Shown here: positions 12,275 to 23,279 of the stretch, in pieces | Layout of the letters: the number at the start of each line of letters is the position of its first letter | Position numbering within the stretch: the first letter of the stretch is position 1 | Origin: Lama glama | Taxonomy: Eukaryota | Assembly: GCA_028534125.1 (NCBI GenBank) | Contig: CM052817.1 | Location: 67,644,001-67,708,000, forward strand | Direction: 5' to 3' | DNA length: 64,000 nt | Notes under the pieces: generated by a model | What the model was told of the DNA's origin: nothing | What the model saw: only the letters and a program-made list of their open reading frames with translations | Databases searched by the model: none | Program-made: the position numbers and the translations under genes

Positions 12275-13335
12275 GAGTCAACCTGGGTCTCCAGGTTGGG
12301 GCCATCTGTTATGTGGGGTCCTGGGCAACTTTTTTATTTTTCGGCAAGGCCTCTGTCTATATAAACAATTTGATTAAAAATGTCCTAGGAATCCATAGGC
12401 CCATGTGAGGTATAGTGATTTATGGATGAAGATTTAAAATCATAGGTAGAGAAGAGGGACTTACGTACTTGTTTATTATCCACTCAGGGCAGGTAAAGAC
12501 TCTTCAGAGCATCCCAGCTGTCTCTTTCTGTTCCAGTCCTGGTAACCATCTTCTCAGTGTCTTTGGTGGGGACACCACTTCATTTGTGCTAACAGGATTC
12601 ATTCTCCATTTCTTAATTTTAATCCTGACATTCCAGAAATTGTTGCGAGTTCCTGATCTATTTTGAGTTCAGAGATAATGTTTTTTGTATTTTTCCGAGA
12701 AAAAGGGGTAGCAGCACTATTAAGACTCATGATGCCAAGGCTCCCTGGGATCTGTCTGTACTGATAGCATATGGGTCTTCTTGCTCCTGTGGTTTCCTCA
12801 TACTCATATAACGCTGGTCACACCACTAACAAGGGCAGTCATCCAGCTGCCCATGAACACTGGTTTCCAATGACTGTCTCAGAGGCTGTTCCTGTGCTTC
12901 AGGATGGTGGCCACAGTGCACCAAACCTGCAGGAAAATATTAATGACAACTCATTTTCTGGGCATGTTAAACTTACCGTTTGGAATTTTATCACATTAAT
13001 GTAGAATAACACATCTTTCACCCGTTTTTTAAATTGCTCAGGTTCTGTTACTGCATTCCTAGAGGATGCTCTGCTTCAGTGCTGACCACACACACCACTA
13101 CCACCGAGGAAAACAGGAGAGGGGCCTGTGGACAAAGTGAAAAACCTGTCTCTTTCATGGAAGGAATATCCATCCCTGGCCTAGCATGGCTTACGACCAG
13201 CCGGAGAGAGCATGGTGTCACCTCATCAACTGGAGGCAAGGATATGAATCAGAAAACCTTAACAGCCATGCTGGATACACACATTCTGATAAATGCAATG
13301 TTAGGTCTCCTCCCTGCAATTAGGATGAATTAATC
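12275..13335 (+). pseudogene. Collagen-like relic block
   Basis: SQP-GSP-GW-GHL. ORF 12771: GLL-APV-VSS..GHT-TNK-GSH..WFP. ORF 13034: NRR-GAC-GQS-EKP-VSF-ME-GIS-IP-GLA-WLT-TSR-REH-GVT-SST-GGK-DMN. Confidence 0.85.
12561..12669 (+). repeat. Diverged direct repeat, copy 1 (pairs with 14143-14249)
   Basis: Shared blocks ctttggtgg, gctaacaggatt, tgacattcca, cctgatcta, tgagtt; roughly 75-80% identity by hand alignment. Confidence 0.85.
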
Positions 13336-13719
13336 CCCATATGAAATCCCCAAATAAAATACTTCGTTAAAGGCCTGTGGATCATTTAAATAAACAAAAT
13401 ATAAAGGATAAGATGGAATTTGATCTTTCACATTTTTAACATTTTTTTAATGTAGTACAGTCAGTTTACAATTTCTGGTGTACAGTATGATGTGATCTTT
13501 CACTCTTGATTTTATATTTTCACCAAAAACTATCTCACCCACTGTTATTTTTCCAAAGAGACGCTGCTACTAACATGGTAGTAATGAATTATAGTGAAAC
13601 TGTTTTTATTCATCTATCTGGAGTATGTACAATCTGACTTCTGTAGACTCATTTTCTTCCCACAACTAAACAGACTTCCACTTAAATGAAAACCCAGCAG
13701 TGATCTGGTTTCACCTTCC

Positions 13720-15200
13720 AGACTGAGTGAGTCATTAACGATTATGAAGGCAGCTGCTGAAGTTCTGGGTCAAGCTGACCTGTTTAACTGTCTGCAAATC
13801 TATTATGATAATCTTATCTTCCAGGGACTGCATGTAGTATGGTTACGGAAGGTGTCTGGAGAGATGTCAGATGGAGCCTGAGTTTCAAGGAAGCTGGTTG
13901 TTTTCCCTCAGTTCTTAACACCCATCCTGAACTATGTGAAGAGGAATACTGTATATTTAAATGCATCTGTTGTACAACTGCTGAGTTCAGAGTACTCGAG
14001 CGAGGGCTGGGTAATCACGCAGATGGTGTGATTCATGACCAAAACCACTTGCTGTTAGATGCCACATTCACAGAGAACATGTAAATACTTGGCGCCGCCG
14101 TGAGAGTTTTCGGAGGTGTTATATTCATTTAGAGAGTTACAGCTTTGGTGGTGACAGCTTCTCATTTTGGGCTAACAGGATTAATTCTTCCCTTATTTTT
14201 ACCCTTGACATTCCAAAAATTGCCATAGTTTCCTGATCTAACTTGAGTTGGGAAGGAGTTGTGTTCTCTTATTTTCCTTATTTCCCCCTTACTTAGAGAG
14301 GATTAGTGTACCAACAAGAATGTGATGCGGAGGCACCGGGTGATCAGGAGAACACTGGCCTTAAGAATCACAGTGGAGTTTTCAGGCCAGTATTTGTCTT
14401 CCTTCCCACATTTCAATAAATACCACTAGCAGACAATGGTATTGTTTTTTTTATTTTCTTTTACCCCCAACTTACTATAAACAGCATCATGGTTTTAAAT
14501 GTCTATTTTCCATGAACTTTAACTTGCCCAGCCACTTATTTTTAAGCACATTATTGACTGAGGGTTTGCTGAGTGTAAAATGTAACTGTTCTCCACGTCC
14601 TTCTCCAAGATCTGCGCCTCCTTTTCAAAGCAAGAAAGTTGGGGAGGGGATACAGATGAGAAGGTCTAGAAAAGACAAGTGGTGAGGCACATCCAGGAAT
14701 GGGGAGAAGAAGAAAAGGACAACAGTAAGTGCATCGGTGTCTGGGAGGACTGACTGCCAGTCAGGGTAAGGTGATGGGATGGAGGTCACGTTCAGGACAC
14801 TCTTCACAGAAGGCATGCATCTGAGCATGCAGTTAAGTGGCCGTGGCCCTCCTACAGATACAAGGATGGCTGTTTAAAGGAGTAACACAGGGCTGGACAC
14901 CAGTGGAAGGTTACAGTGACAGAGTAGCAGGAGTCCACAGTCCAGACAAGCACATATACAATAAACATAATCCACCATCAACATGAAAATAACCAAAGAG
15001 TAGTAGAAACACTATTGTAATGGAAACATAAAAGAGAAAGTTAACAGTTCAATGAGTTGGTTGCTTCAGGTTTGGTGGTGGTAACAGCACTGACACTGGG
15101 TCTTCCAGAACGAGGAGAGGTATGATGCCAAAAAGGAAAGAACGGCAAGAGAGGAGAGCACGAAGTATCAAATATCCTTCCTCCTCATTCTGTAGCATGT
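13720..15200 (+). pseudogene. Collagen-like relic block
   Basis: DYE-GSC-*SS-GSS-*PV; YLP-GTA-CSM-VTE-GVW-RDV; GDQ-ENT-GLK-NHS-GVF; 15099-15170 GLP-ER-GEV-*C-QK-GKN-GKR-GEH-EVS. Confidence 0.85.
14143..14249 (+). repeat. Diverged direct repeat, copy 2 (pairs with 12561-12669)
   Basis: See copy 1; offset 1582 bp. Confidence 0.85.
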
Positions 15201-15259
15201 AGAATAGGGGCCGCTGCATAATAGCTACTCAATTTTTATTAAATGAGAGAGAGACACAT

Positions 15260-15740
15260 TTGCTATTCAACTAATGGTGACTTAAAACAATAAAAACACC
15301 GAGGTAACTCTTACAAGGAGGCGTGAGGTAGGCAGCCCAGCACTTGTGCAGTAGCTTGGCGGTATCCTCAAGGCTCAGATCCCTCTTTCCTGCCCCTGTA
15401 TCCCACACTCAGCATGGCAGTCTGCTCCTTCAAAGCCCCAAAATGGCTGTCACAACTCATCTTGGTGTTCCCACTGCAGCAGGAAAACCTAAGGGACATG
15501 TGGCACTAACTTGGTCTGTCTCTTTGATCAGAAAAGCAAAAGGTTTCCCAAAAGCCCCTTCCCACCTTGTCCAGCAGGCGTCCGTACTTCTAACTGACCA
15601 GAGCTGGGTCATGTGGCTGGGAAATTAGAGAATACTCTTAAGGTTGACTGTAATCAATTATGAGTCATTGCTTAGAGTTGAACCTGTGGTGGTGCCAAAC
15701 AGACTTGGGGTTCTGTTAGCAAAGAAGGAAAGGCCAAAGG
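15260..15740 (-). mobile_element. Old MaLR LTR (MLT1J/K-like)
   Basis: caaaatggctg...actgaccagagctgggtcatgtggct...ttggggttctgttagcaaagaaggaa. Confidence 0.6.
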
Positions 15741-15744
15741 ATAT

Positions 15745-16370
15745 CAGTCGAACCATAGTCCTAAGAACTGTGGACCAGTTGGTGAAACCCACTTAATTTC
15801 ACAGTCGTACATCAAGTACTTCCCCTCCCACAGGGAAGGCTCACGCTCTACCTCTCGCTTCATCACTGAAATGCATGCTGGTCTCTCTGCTCCTGGACCC
15901 TTGACTTCATCTGTGCACTTCACAAGCAGGAACTCGAAGTACCACACAGCTCTGCTTCCCAGCACACTATTAGTAACTACTGTTCCCTGTGGTTCTCTTG
16001 GGGTTTCTTTTATCCTCTGGAGCAAGGAGTCCATGAGCCAAAGATGGCCTGCTGCTGATTTTGGTGAAGTTTCATTAGGATACAGACATGCTTGTTTATC
16101 TACAGGTCATCTACAGCTCATTTCCACTTGTTGGGACAGAAAGCATGTGACCTTTACTGCCGAAAATATTTTATTATCTGGGCTTAATAGAGAAAAGTTT
16201 TCCACACGTCTGTAAATTTCTCAACAGTAAAGTTACACCCCGCCTTTCTCTTATATCTACAAGAGCACAACGCTGGAGAGACAGGGCCATCTTCTACAAA
16301 CACGTTCTGACTGATGGAAATGAAAATCAAAGGATTGATAGTTAAGAAATTCTGGCATAGTGACACATAG
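15745..16370 (+). pseudogene. Collagen-like relic block (MER58-like DNA element inside, ~16015-16212)
   Basis: SPK-NC-GPV-GET; GLS-AP-GPL; GSL-GVS; GET-GPS; *LM-EMK-IK-GLI-VKK. Confidence 0.7.
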
Positions 16371-16469
16371 TTGGTGCTTCATTAATTTTTAGAGTCAATC
16401 CAGGAACTAAGTAAATCACTTCTTTTGTCCTTTTTAGTAAATGACTATTTAAAGCAAAATGCCTTAATA

Positions 16470-16660
16470 CCTATACCTAAAGTGTGGGGTCTGGATCCAG
16501 ACCACCTATAGTAAAATACTGTGTGTCCTAGCCAATAAACTCAATGTCTCTGTGTCTTAGTTTCCTCCTGCATAAGACAGAAATAACAGGATTTAATGAC
16601 CTGTAAAGTGCTCAGAACAATTCCTGACACATAGTATAAGCACTCAAAAACTATTAGCTA
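16470..16660 (+). mobile_element. MIR SINE
   Basis: tctctgtgtcttagtttcctcctgcataa...gtaaagtgctcagaacaattcctgacacatagta. Confidence 0.8.
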
Positions 16661-16719
16661 TTAGCAATGCTGTGTGAGAGAGTCCTTCTAAACATAAGGT
16701 ATTATTTTTTCCTTTCTTT

Positions 16720-18480
16720 GTGGAGTATCTTTGAACCCATTCTGTAAAAAGACACGACTGCATCAGGAGCAATTTCCACCTCTTCCTGGTGACACTAACC
16801 CAAGTCTGAACCAAAAGGAGATCTGAGGTAGATGTTGCAGAGACAACCGAGGAAGTCATTGCCAGTAGCACGGTCAGAGCATCAACCAGCACACACCGAG
16901 TGGGGAACCAAAAAGTGATTGAACTCTGCTTCTGCTGGTGAGAGGCGTCAGCAGACGCCACGGACGTGAGATGAATGGCAGAAGAGCGCTTTCATTGAAC
17001 TGTCAGCTAATGAAGTGGTGAGAAATTAGCAGGCTCTGTGATTTACACGCTAATTCTCCCTAATGCCACCTGGGGGCTGCCCGCAGGCAGAGGCGCAGGG
17101 GGGATGAAAATGGTGTCGTGCGGCCAGCAGCCCGCCTGCACTGCTATTCTCTCTTTGCCAAGCAACACAGCCACCCTGCTTGCTCCCACTCACTATGCAG
17201 CAAGCACTTGGCAGACTTCCCTCAGAGCATGGGCAAGCCTCAGCTCTAAGTGCAAGAGGAAGACAATGCAAGGAATTTTAAAAGGCTTCCACCTTTTTGC
17301 ACTTTCTGGAGGCGCTCTCTCTAAAAATTGACTCAGCGGGTGACCCTCTGTCTTTTCTGAATCCCTGCCACCTCCCTCTCACCCAAGAGCAAGTCATTGG
17401 AAATGGTCACTGTAATCAGTGCTCTCTGTGAAACGAAACTCAGAAATAAGCTTGGTGAGACAGAGCATCCAGGAGCTGTTATCACTGCATTCATCATCAT
17501 CATTTAAAAGAGCTATTTTGGTAAATCTTCGGCCTGTATCTCTCTAACTGAAATGCGGCTCTGCCCGACAGCCTGCTCCCTGGACTCTGCTTTTATGAAA
17601 GTAACAGTTCTTACCACAAAAACACATGCCGGGGAAAGCAGGAAAGGACCGTCTTCGTCTGCTGGCATCTTTCAGGCATGAGGCCAAGTCAGCGCCGAGG
17701 AAAGAGTGTATGATTGTGTATAGAACTGCCTCTCATATTATAATCATATATTTCCTTGGACATCCTCTGAACTGTCGAATGCAGAACACTGAATTTCAGC
17801 TCCCCCTGGTAAGCAAGGGCTGCTTTGAAGACCATTAGGAAGGGGAAGAATGTTACAGTCTTCTCCATTTCTCTAGGGTCACAGTCTAATTGTGTGGTGG
17901 GAGGAACGGGGCCCTGGAGACGGCGTGACAGTCACTTCTCATTACCTCCCACTTGGTTCATTACGTCTATAGACAGCGATTGCCCATGTGTGGATACTTC
18001 CATTACACAGAAGGATGCAGTGTGCTGTAGACCTCGAACGGCTTTCAAAGGGGGAGAAAGCTGTTTATTCCAGGCCCAAACCTAGCCTGTTTCCAGGGAC
18101 CAGGCCAGAGAAATGGAAAACAACACAAGGAATAGTTAAGTGGTGATCAATACAGGAGAGCCAGGCTCCACATGTGCTCATATCCAGTGATATTTACACG
18201 TGTGCATCCCACTATACAAGGCATCACACAAAAGATTAATCCACCAAATTTGACTTTAACAAGCTGACCCACTCACTCAGGTGTACTATATACAGGCTGT
18301 TCTGTGTACCCTGTCTGCAGCTACCCTTTTCATCCTTTGCCTGTTTGCTTTTTCCGTCTCCCCTTCTCTCACATTCACACACACACAAGACCTTTTCCAT
18401 GTGTAAGAGTGAGTCCTGAGAACCATGAAATCCAGATACACTATTTTACACGTTTTCTCAAGGGTGTAAAAAGCCCCAAT
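16720..18480 (+). pseudogene. Long, GC-richer collagen-like relic block
   Basis: GER-RQQ; GRE-MN-GRR-ALS. ORF 17038: GLP-AGR-GAG-GMK. NKL-GET-EHP-GAV. ORF 17626: MP-GKA-GKD-RLR..EAK-SAP-RKE-CMI-VYR. ORF 17825: GSQ-SNC-VV-GGT-GPW-RRR. GEP-GST-CAH. Confidence 0.85.
17064..17082 (+). promoter_or_regulatory. CTCF-like motif
   Basis: tgccacctgggggctgc resembles the CTCF core; a reverse-strand match (accagggggagctg) lies at 17797-17810. Confidence 0.4.
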
Positions 18481-19289
18481 TAGGTTACAAACTAAAGAAA
18501 GTTAACAAGAGAGAAAACAGAATTATTGAGAATTATAGATTGATTGAACCAAAAATGAATCTTAGATATTATCCATAACAGAAATGCCCAGACTTTTTCT
18601 TTAAAGAAAAACCTCTCCCCTAAGAGTTCATAAGAGATACCATGATGGTGTAAAGCTGGATGCTACATACCATATTCTACTACGGGTAATTCACAACGAT
18701 GTCAGCTTATTAAAGGTTCTGAGAATTCCTGTTGCCAAAAAGAGTCTATTTAACTTAGTTTTACCCTAATTTATTAATTCGAGGAGCACTTTTTTAAAAC
18801 TGAAATCCTATCAACATCCTGTGGAACAATTATACTACAGGAGGGGAAATCCTGTTCTACTTAGTTCCATCATTTTCTATAGATTTCTATATACTAGTAA
18901 TTTTCAAAATTTAGCATGCATTGGAATCACTGGAGGATGTAATCCTTAGCAATTATTCAGTAAACTGGGTAAGCTCAGGAACCCAAACACGAGTACCAAG
19001 CAATTGTAATTAAGAGGGCCTCATGCCACACTTTGGGAAGTACCAATTCACACATGTGCTTTCTGTCGGAATTTACTAGGATCAAACTACACATTGTTAA
19101 TTAAACAAAAGCTTGAAAGTTAATAGGTTTGGCTGTGAAAGCTGTAAGAGTTTTCTGAATATGAAAATGAATGTTAGCCTCTAAATTTACCATGACTAAT
19201 GGGACATTCACCACTACACTGGACTTTTACAAATGCTGTGCCGTTTTCACTCATTGACTCATCCACTAGTCTGCCTCACTGTCCAGTTT

Positions 19290-19912
19290 TATTAATTTAT
19301 CCATTCAACAGTTGTTTACAAAGCATCCTCTGCATGTTGGGCACTGGGTGAAACACTAGGGATATCTGTGAACCAAAGAGACAAAAATCCTTGCCCTTGT
19401 TGGCTAACATCCTAGCAAGAGGGAGACAGAGGACAAAACATCAATGTAACAAATAAGTAAATGACATAGTAAATCAGAGTTAGCAGGTGGTGCTATGAAA
19501 GAACTAGAGCTGGCTAAGGGGGATCAGAAGTGTGGGTGGGCCGGGGGCTGGGGAAAGGGCTGCAGTTTTTAAAAGGGCAGTGGGAATGACAATGAAAAGT
19601 GACATTTGGGCAGAGCCTTGAAGTAAAGGAGGCTTTCACGTATGTACTCAAGAGTGAGAGTCCAGGCCTAAGGAACCACCAGTGCAAAGTGAGCTGTGCA
19701 AAGTGAGCTGTCTCAATGGAGAAGGAGAAACAGAAGGGTGTGGAGGGGAGACAATGGGGAAGGGAGAGTGGGAAGTGCTTCCAAGGGGCAGCAAGGACTA
19801 GATCGCCTAGGTCCTAGGTCCGGACGGGGACTTGTCTTGAGGAAAATGAGAAGCCACTGCACAACGCATTTTGAGCAGAGAAATGAGATTATCTGACTTC
19901 CATTTTTAAAGG
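19290..19912 (-). mobile_element. L2 LINE 3' fragment
   Basis: ccattcaacagttgtttac...gggcactgggt...ttttgagcagagaaatgagattatctgactt. Confidence 0.8.
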
Positions 19913-19914
19913 CT

Positions 19915-21800
19915 CTGAATGTGTTTGACTCCATTTATTCACCACCGATTGGGTTTCCACTAATGTGTTGCACTCTGGATGCCCGGCATGCAAAGAGGAA
20001 CTGCCAGTCCTCATCCTCAGAATCCTCAGTTTCTGGACTTCTGATAGAGCTTGTTACGGGTCGTCACTTTGTGTATGTTTAAAATCTATTGTTCCTGCCC
20101 CTTGCACTACCAGGCCCCTGCCCAGTGTTTACCTGGTGATCTCAGCTCCCACGTGGCACCTGCTGTGGGGCTGGAGCAGGGAGACCGCGGTCAGATTGGG
20201 CAGGAGGTTCAGGTGCCCAGTCCTGCCCGGAACATACTGTGTGGCCTTTGGCAACACATGAATCCCCCTTTTCTTGGCTCTCCCATCTGTTTATACAATT
20301 TTCTGCAGAAGTATATTTGTGAGGCTTGATGGGATAACCAGCTCTGAGAGCTTTAGGGTGTAATGAAAAACTGACAATTTTAATTTTCCCTCAAATTATC
20401 ATACTCTGAAATAAATAGAGTCGAGTAGCTTCTCTCGCTATTTGTTCTGGCAGCCCTGCCTCCGCTGAAGACAGTCTACAAGTTGGCAGGGCAGAGCGAG
20501 GAGAAACTTCTCTTAGTTCCTGGAGAGAAAACCTGCTAGTTTCAACAACTGAAATTCTGCGAGAGGGTTTTCTGGGGCAGAGCCAGTTGCAGCAACAGTC
20601 TCTTTTAGAGTATTAACTTGCTTGCCTCCTGCTAACTTCTTTCTGCTGAGGAAGGATGCAAAAAGTCACATTTAATTTCAGCCTCAAACATAATTGTCCA
20701 TGATCAGATGTGGCTTGCTCGCCTCACTTGTCAGTCATCACTAGATAAAGAGATGAAACCTCCATTTGGAGAAAATGGAAAACAAATGACAGACTTCAAA
20801 GAAAGTCATTGGGTAAACCAGAGGGATGATTATCATGGCTGTGTTTGCCTTCAGGATACATGGACAGCCTTTAGGAACAGCCACACCATTTTTACCAAAT
20901 GTTTATGATGTAACCTCACCCAAATCAGGGAAATTCAGGGATTTGGCAGGCAACTGGGAACAGAGAAATGCAATACAATGCCATTTCAGACTGAAGTCTG
21001 CCTGGGAGCTAAGCTACTCCAGATGTTTCCCTTTTGTCCTCATTTAATGGTTCCTCTAAATACAATGCCTTACTATCAGCTACAGCAGCAAAATTTACAA
21101 CATACTAATTAACAGCAAGATGCTTAGGTAAGCAATTCTGAGTATGTAATTACGTATTTAGAACTTCTATTTTTTTTCCTCTTACCTTTCTCTGTCAGAT
21201 TTCACTAGTGGAGTAAGGGAGTACTAGGAACACATACAATCTGAGGTGGCTGCAGCATGATTAATTTTACTTAAACAGTAAGGGACATGCTATGCTACTT
21301 ACCCTCAACCATATGAATATACTGTTATACCAGTTATGAGCTCAAAACAATGACAAATTGTACCAGGACTGAGGATTACAACTCACAGAGAATATCTATG
21401 TTTGTAAAGCTACCTCTCACCATAGTTGACCAACTTATTTTTAAAAAATAAAAAGCAAAATTAGTCCTTTTCCTCATTCAGAGATTCCTGAACTTCAGAT
21501 TACCAGCAAAACATGTTGCTGCACCTGCTCTGCCAATCCCCAGCCCTGGATCGGTCCGACCGTGAACTTTCTCCACTCCTGTTTCCAGGCAGCTGGGCGT
21601 GGAAGGAAAAATCCCATAACTCTGTTTATTGGCCCTGCAACAAACCCATGTTCTCCAGCATCAGCTGGGTCCCTAGTGCTACTGGCAGCCCTTTTATTTG
21701 TCCCCAAGTCAGCTCTGTTTCAGATTTCCCCTACAGCTGTTCTAACCTATCAACATGCTCAAAGAACGCCTCCTGCTAAATGGATGCCCTTGTTCATGAA
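19915..21800 (+). pseudogene. Collagen-like relic blocks with a candidate 71-nt phase-1 intron (21128-21198); MIR at ~20200-20360
   Basis: ORF 20051: CLP-GDL..GLE-Q-GDR-GQI-GQE. ORF 20708: WLA-RLT-CQS-SLD..PPF-GEN-GKQ. ORF 20826: DLA-GNW-EQR-N-AIQ-CHF-RLK. ORF 21513: LFP-GSW-AWK..WVP-SAT-GSP. Confidence 0.8.
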
Positions 21801-22371
21801 TCACAGACAAAACAGAAGTCTTCTCTTTCCCCTCCACCTGCAGCTGGCCTGACACCCATGGGGGCACCCATCTTCTCCCTCCCTCCCTTTCTCCTAAATC
21901 AGACAAGAGTTCTCTCTCCTAATCCCCGAAGTTAACACTACTATAGGGTATTGGACACTATCTCCTCAGGCATCTTCTGGGACCTCATTACATTAGTCAT
22001 TCCCCCTCACATTTTGGTGTCTTCAGTCCATCACTCCCTGTTCTCTGGCTTCTACCCTTCAGCCTACAAATTTGCTCAACTTTTTCTTTATTACCATGCA
22101 TGCACTTATATGCACGCACATGCACGCACACACCCACACGCAATTCTTTCATCATTTCAGCCTCTCACTCATGCTGCAAATTGTCTTGTATAGCAATTAT
22201 CTGTTTACATGACAGTTTTCAACTGGTCCAGTGGTTTTTAATTGTTGCTGTGTCAGATCCCTTCGAGAATCTGATTAAAGCAATGGACCTTTTCCCTGGC
22301 CACACACACACACACACACACACTCACACCTTCTATATACAATTCCAGCTTGTTCACTGACCCCCAGAGGA

Positions 22372-22750
22372 GATATTGCTGCTGCTCCTCAATACTTTCA
22401 GTTCTCCTCCTCTGCCAGGCACACTGGAGAATTACCCTTTCTTGCTGACTCGAGATTAGTGTCTCTGGCCAATGAAATGAGAGTGGAAGTGATGTGTGTG
22501 GAAGCTTTAAGAGCCTGTACTTGATGTGCAGTGCTTTCTCTTTTCACTTTGCCACCGTAACCACTGCCTTCCAGATAGTGACTGCTCCGTCAGCTTGAGT
22601 CTTGGGGTGAGGAGGATGCAGACCAGAGGACCTCGCCAGCCTGCAATGGACGTACAGAGTGAGTGAGAAATCAATCTAGTTGTTTAGAGCGGCTGAGGTT
22701 GGGGATGGTCAGTTACTGCAGCATAACCTAGGCTGTCCTATTTGATAACA
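22372..22750 (+). mobile_element. MLT1 LTR within L2/MER-type fragments (~21800-23150)
   Basis: tctggccaatgaaatgagagtggaagtgatgtgtg...gttactgcagcataacctag. Confidence 0.75.
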
Positions 22751-23279
22751 GGGAACTCTCCATTAGACACAAAATAGCCCTAGTCAGAAAGATCCGTTCT
22801 AGGGGAGTTTAAGCTTTGCTCCTTCCTGTTCCTAATCAATAAGCTTCTCTCATCTCCTAATGCTAGACTTTCATTTCTGTCCACCTAGAAGGCTCTTTCC
22901 CTGGTTCTTCCCACAACTTCTCATCCTTCAGACATCAGTGTATGTGTTACCTCCTCAGAGAGGTCCTTATTTGGCCTATTTCCTCTCCCTCCTGCTCTCA
23001 GTTACTATCATTCACATCACCCGCTTCTGTCTTTCATGGAGCGCATCACAGCACATAACGATCTGATTTATTTTCTATCCCTCAAGTTCTGAATTCACAG
23101 TATCTGTATTCTTGCTATCAACAGCAATTCATAAATAACTAATGTCATGCTACTTTAACCCTATGTGAACTTAAGAAAAGGGAATACATTCCAAAATGGA
23201 CTGCTTTCATTTGTTTAATATGATAAAAATAGAACCATGAATGTTCTATACAAGTCACACATTACACTTTTCTAAACTA

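Noticed and set aside
12460..12660. Minus-strand exon or Pro-periodic protein as the explanation for the repeat and the periodicity
   Set aside because: Minus frames contain stops in both copies, and the collagen-typical X-Y pairs and Y-Arg decay pattern appear on the + strand.
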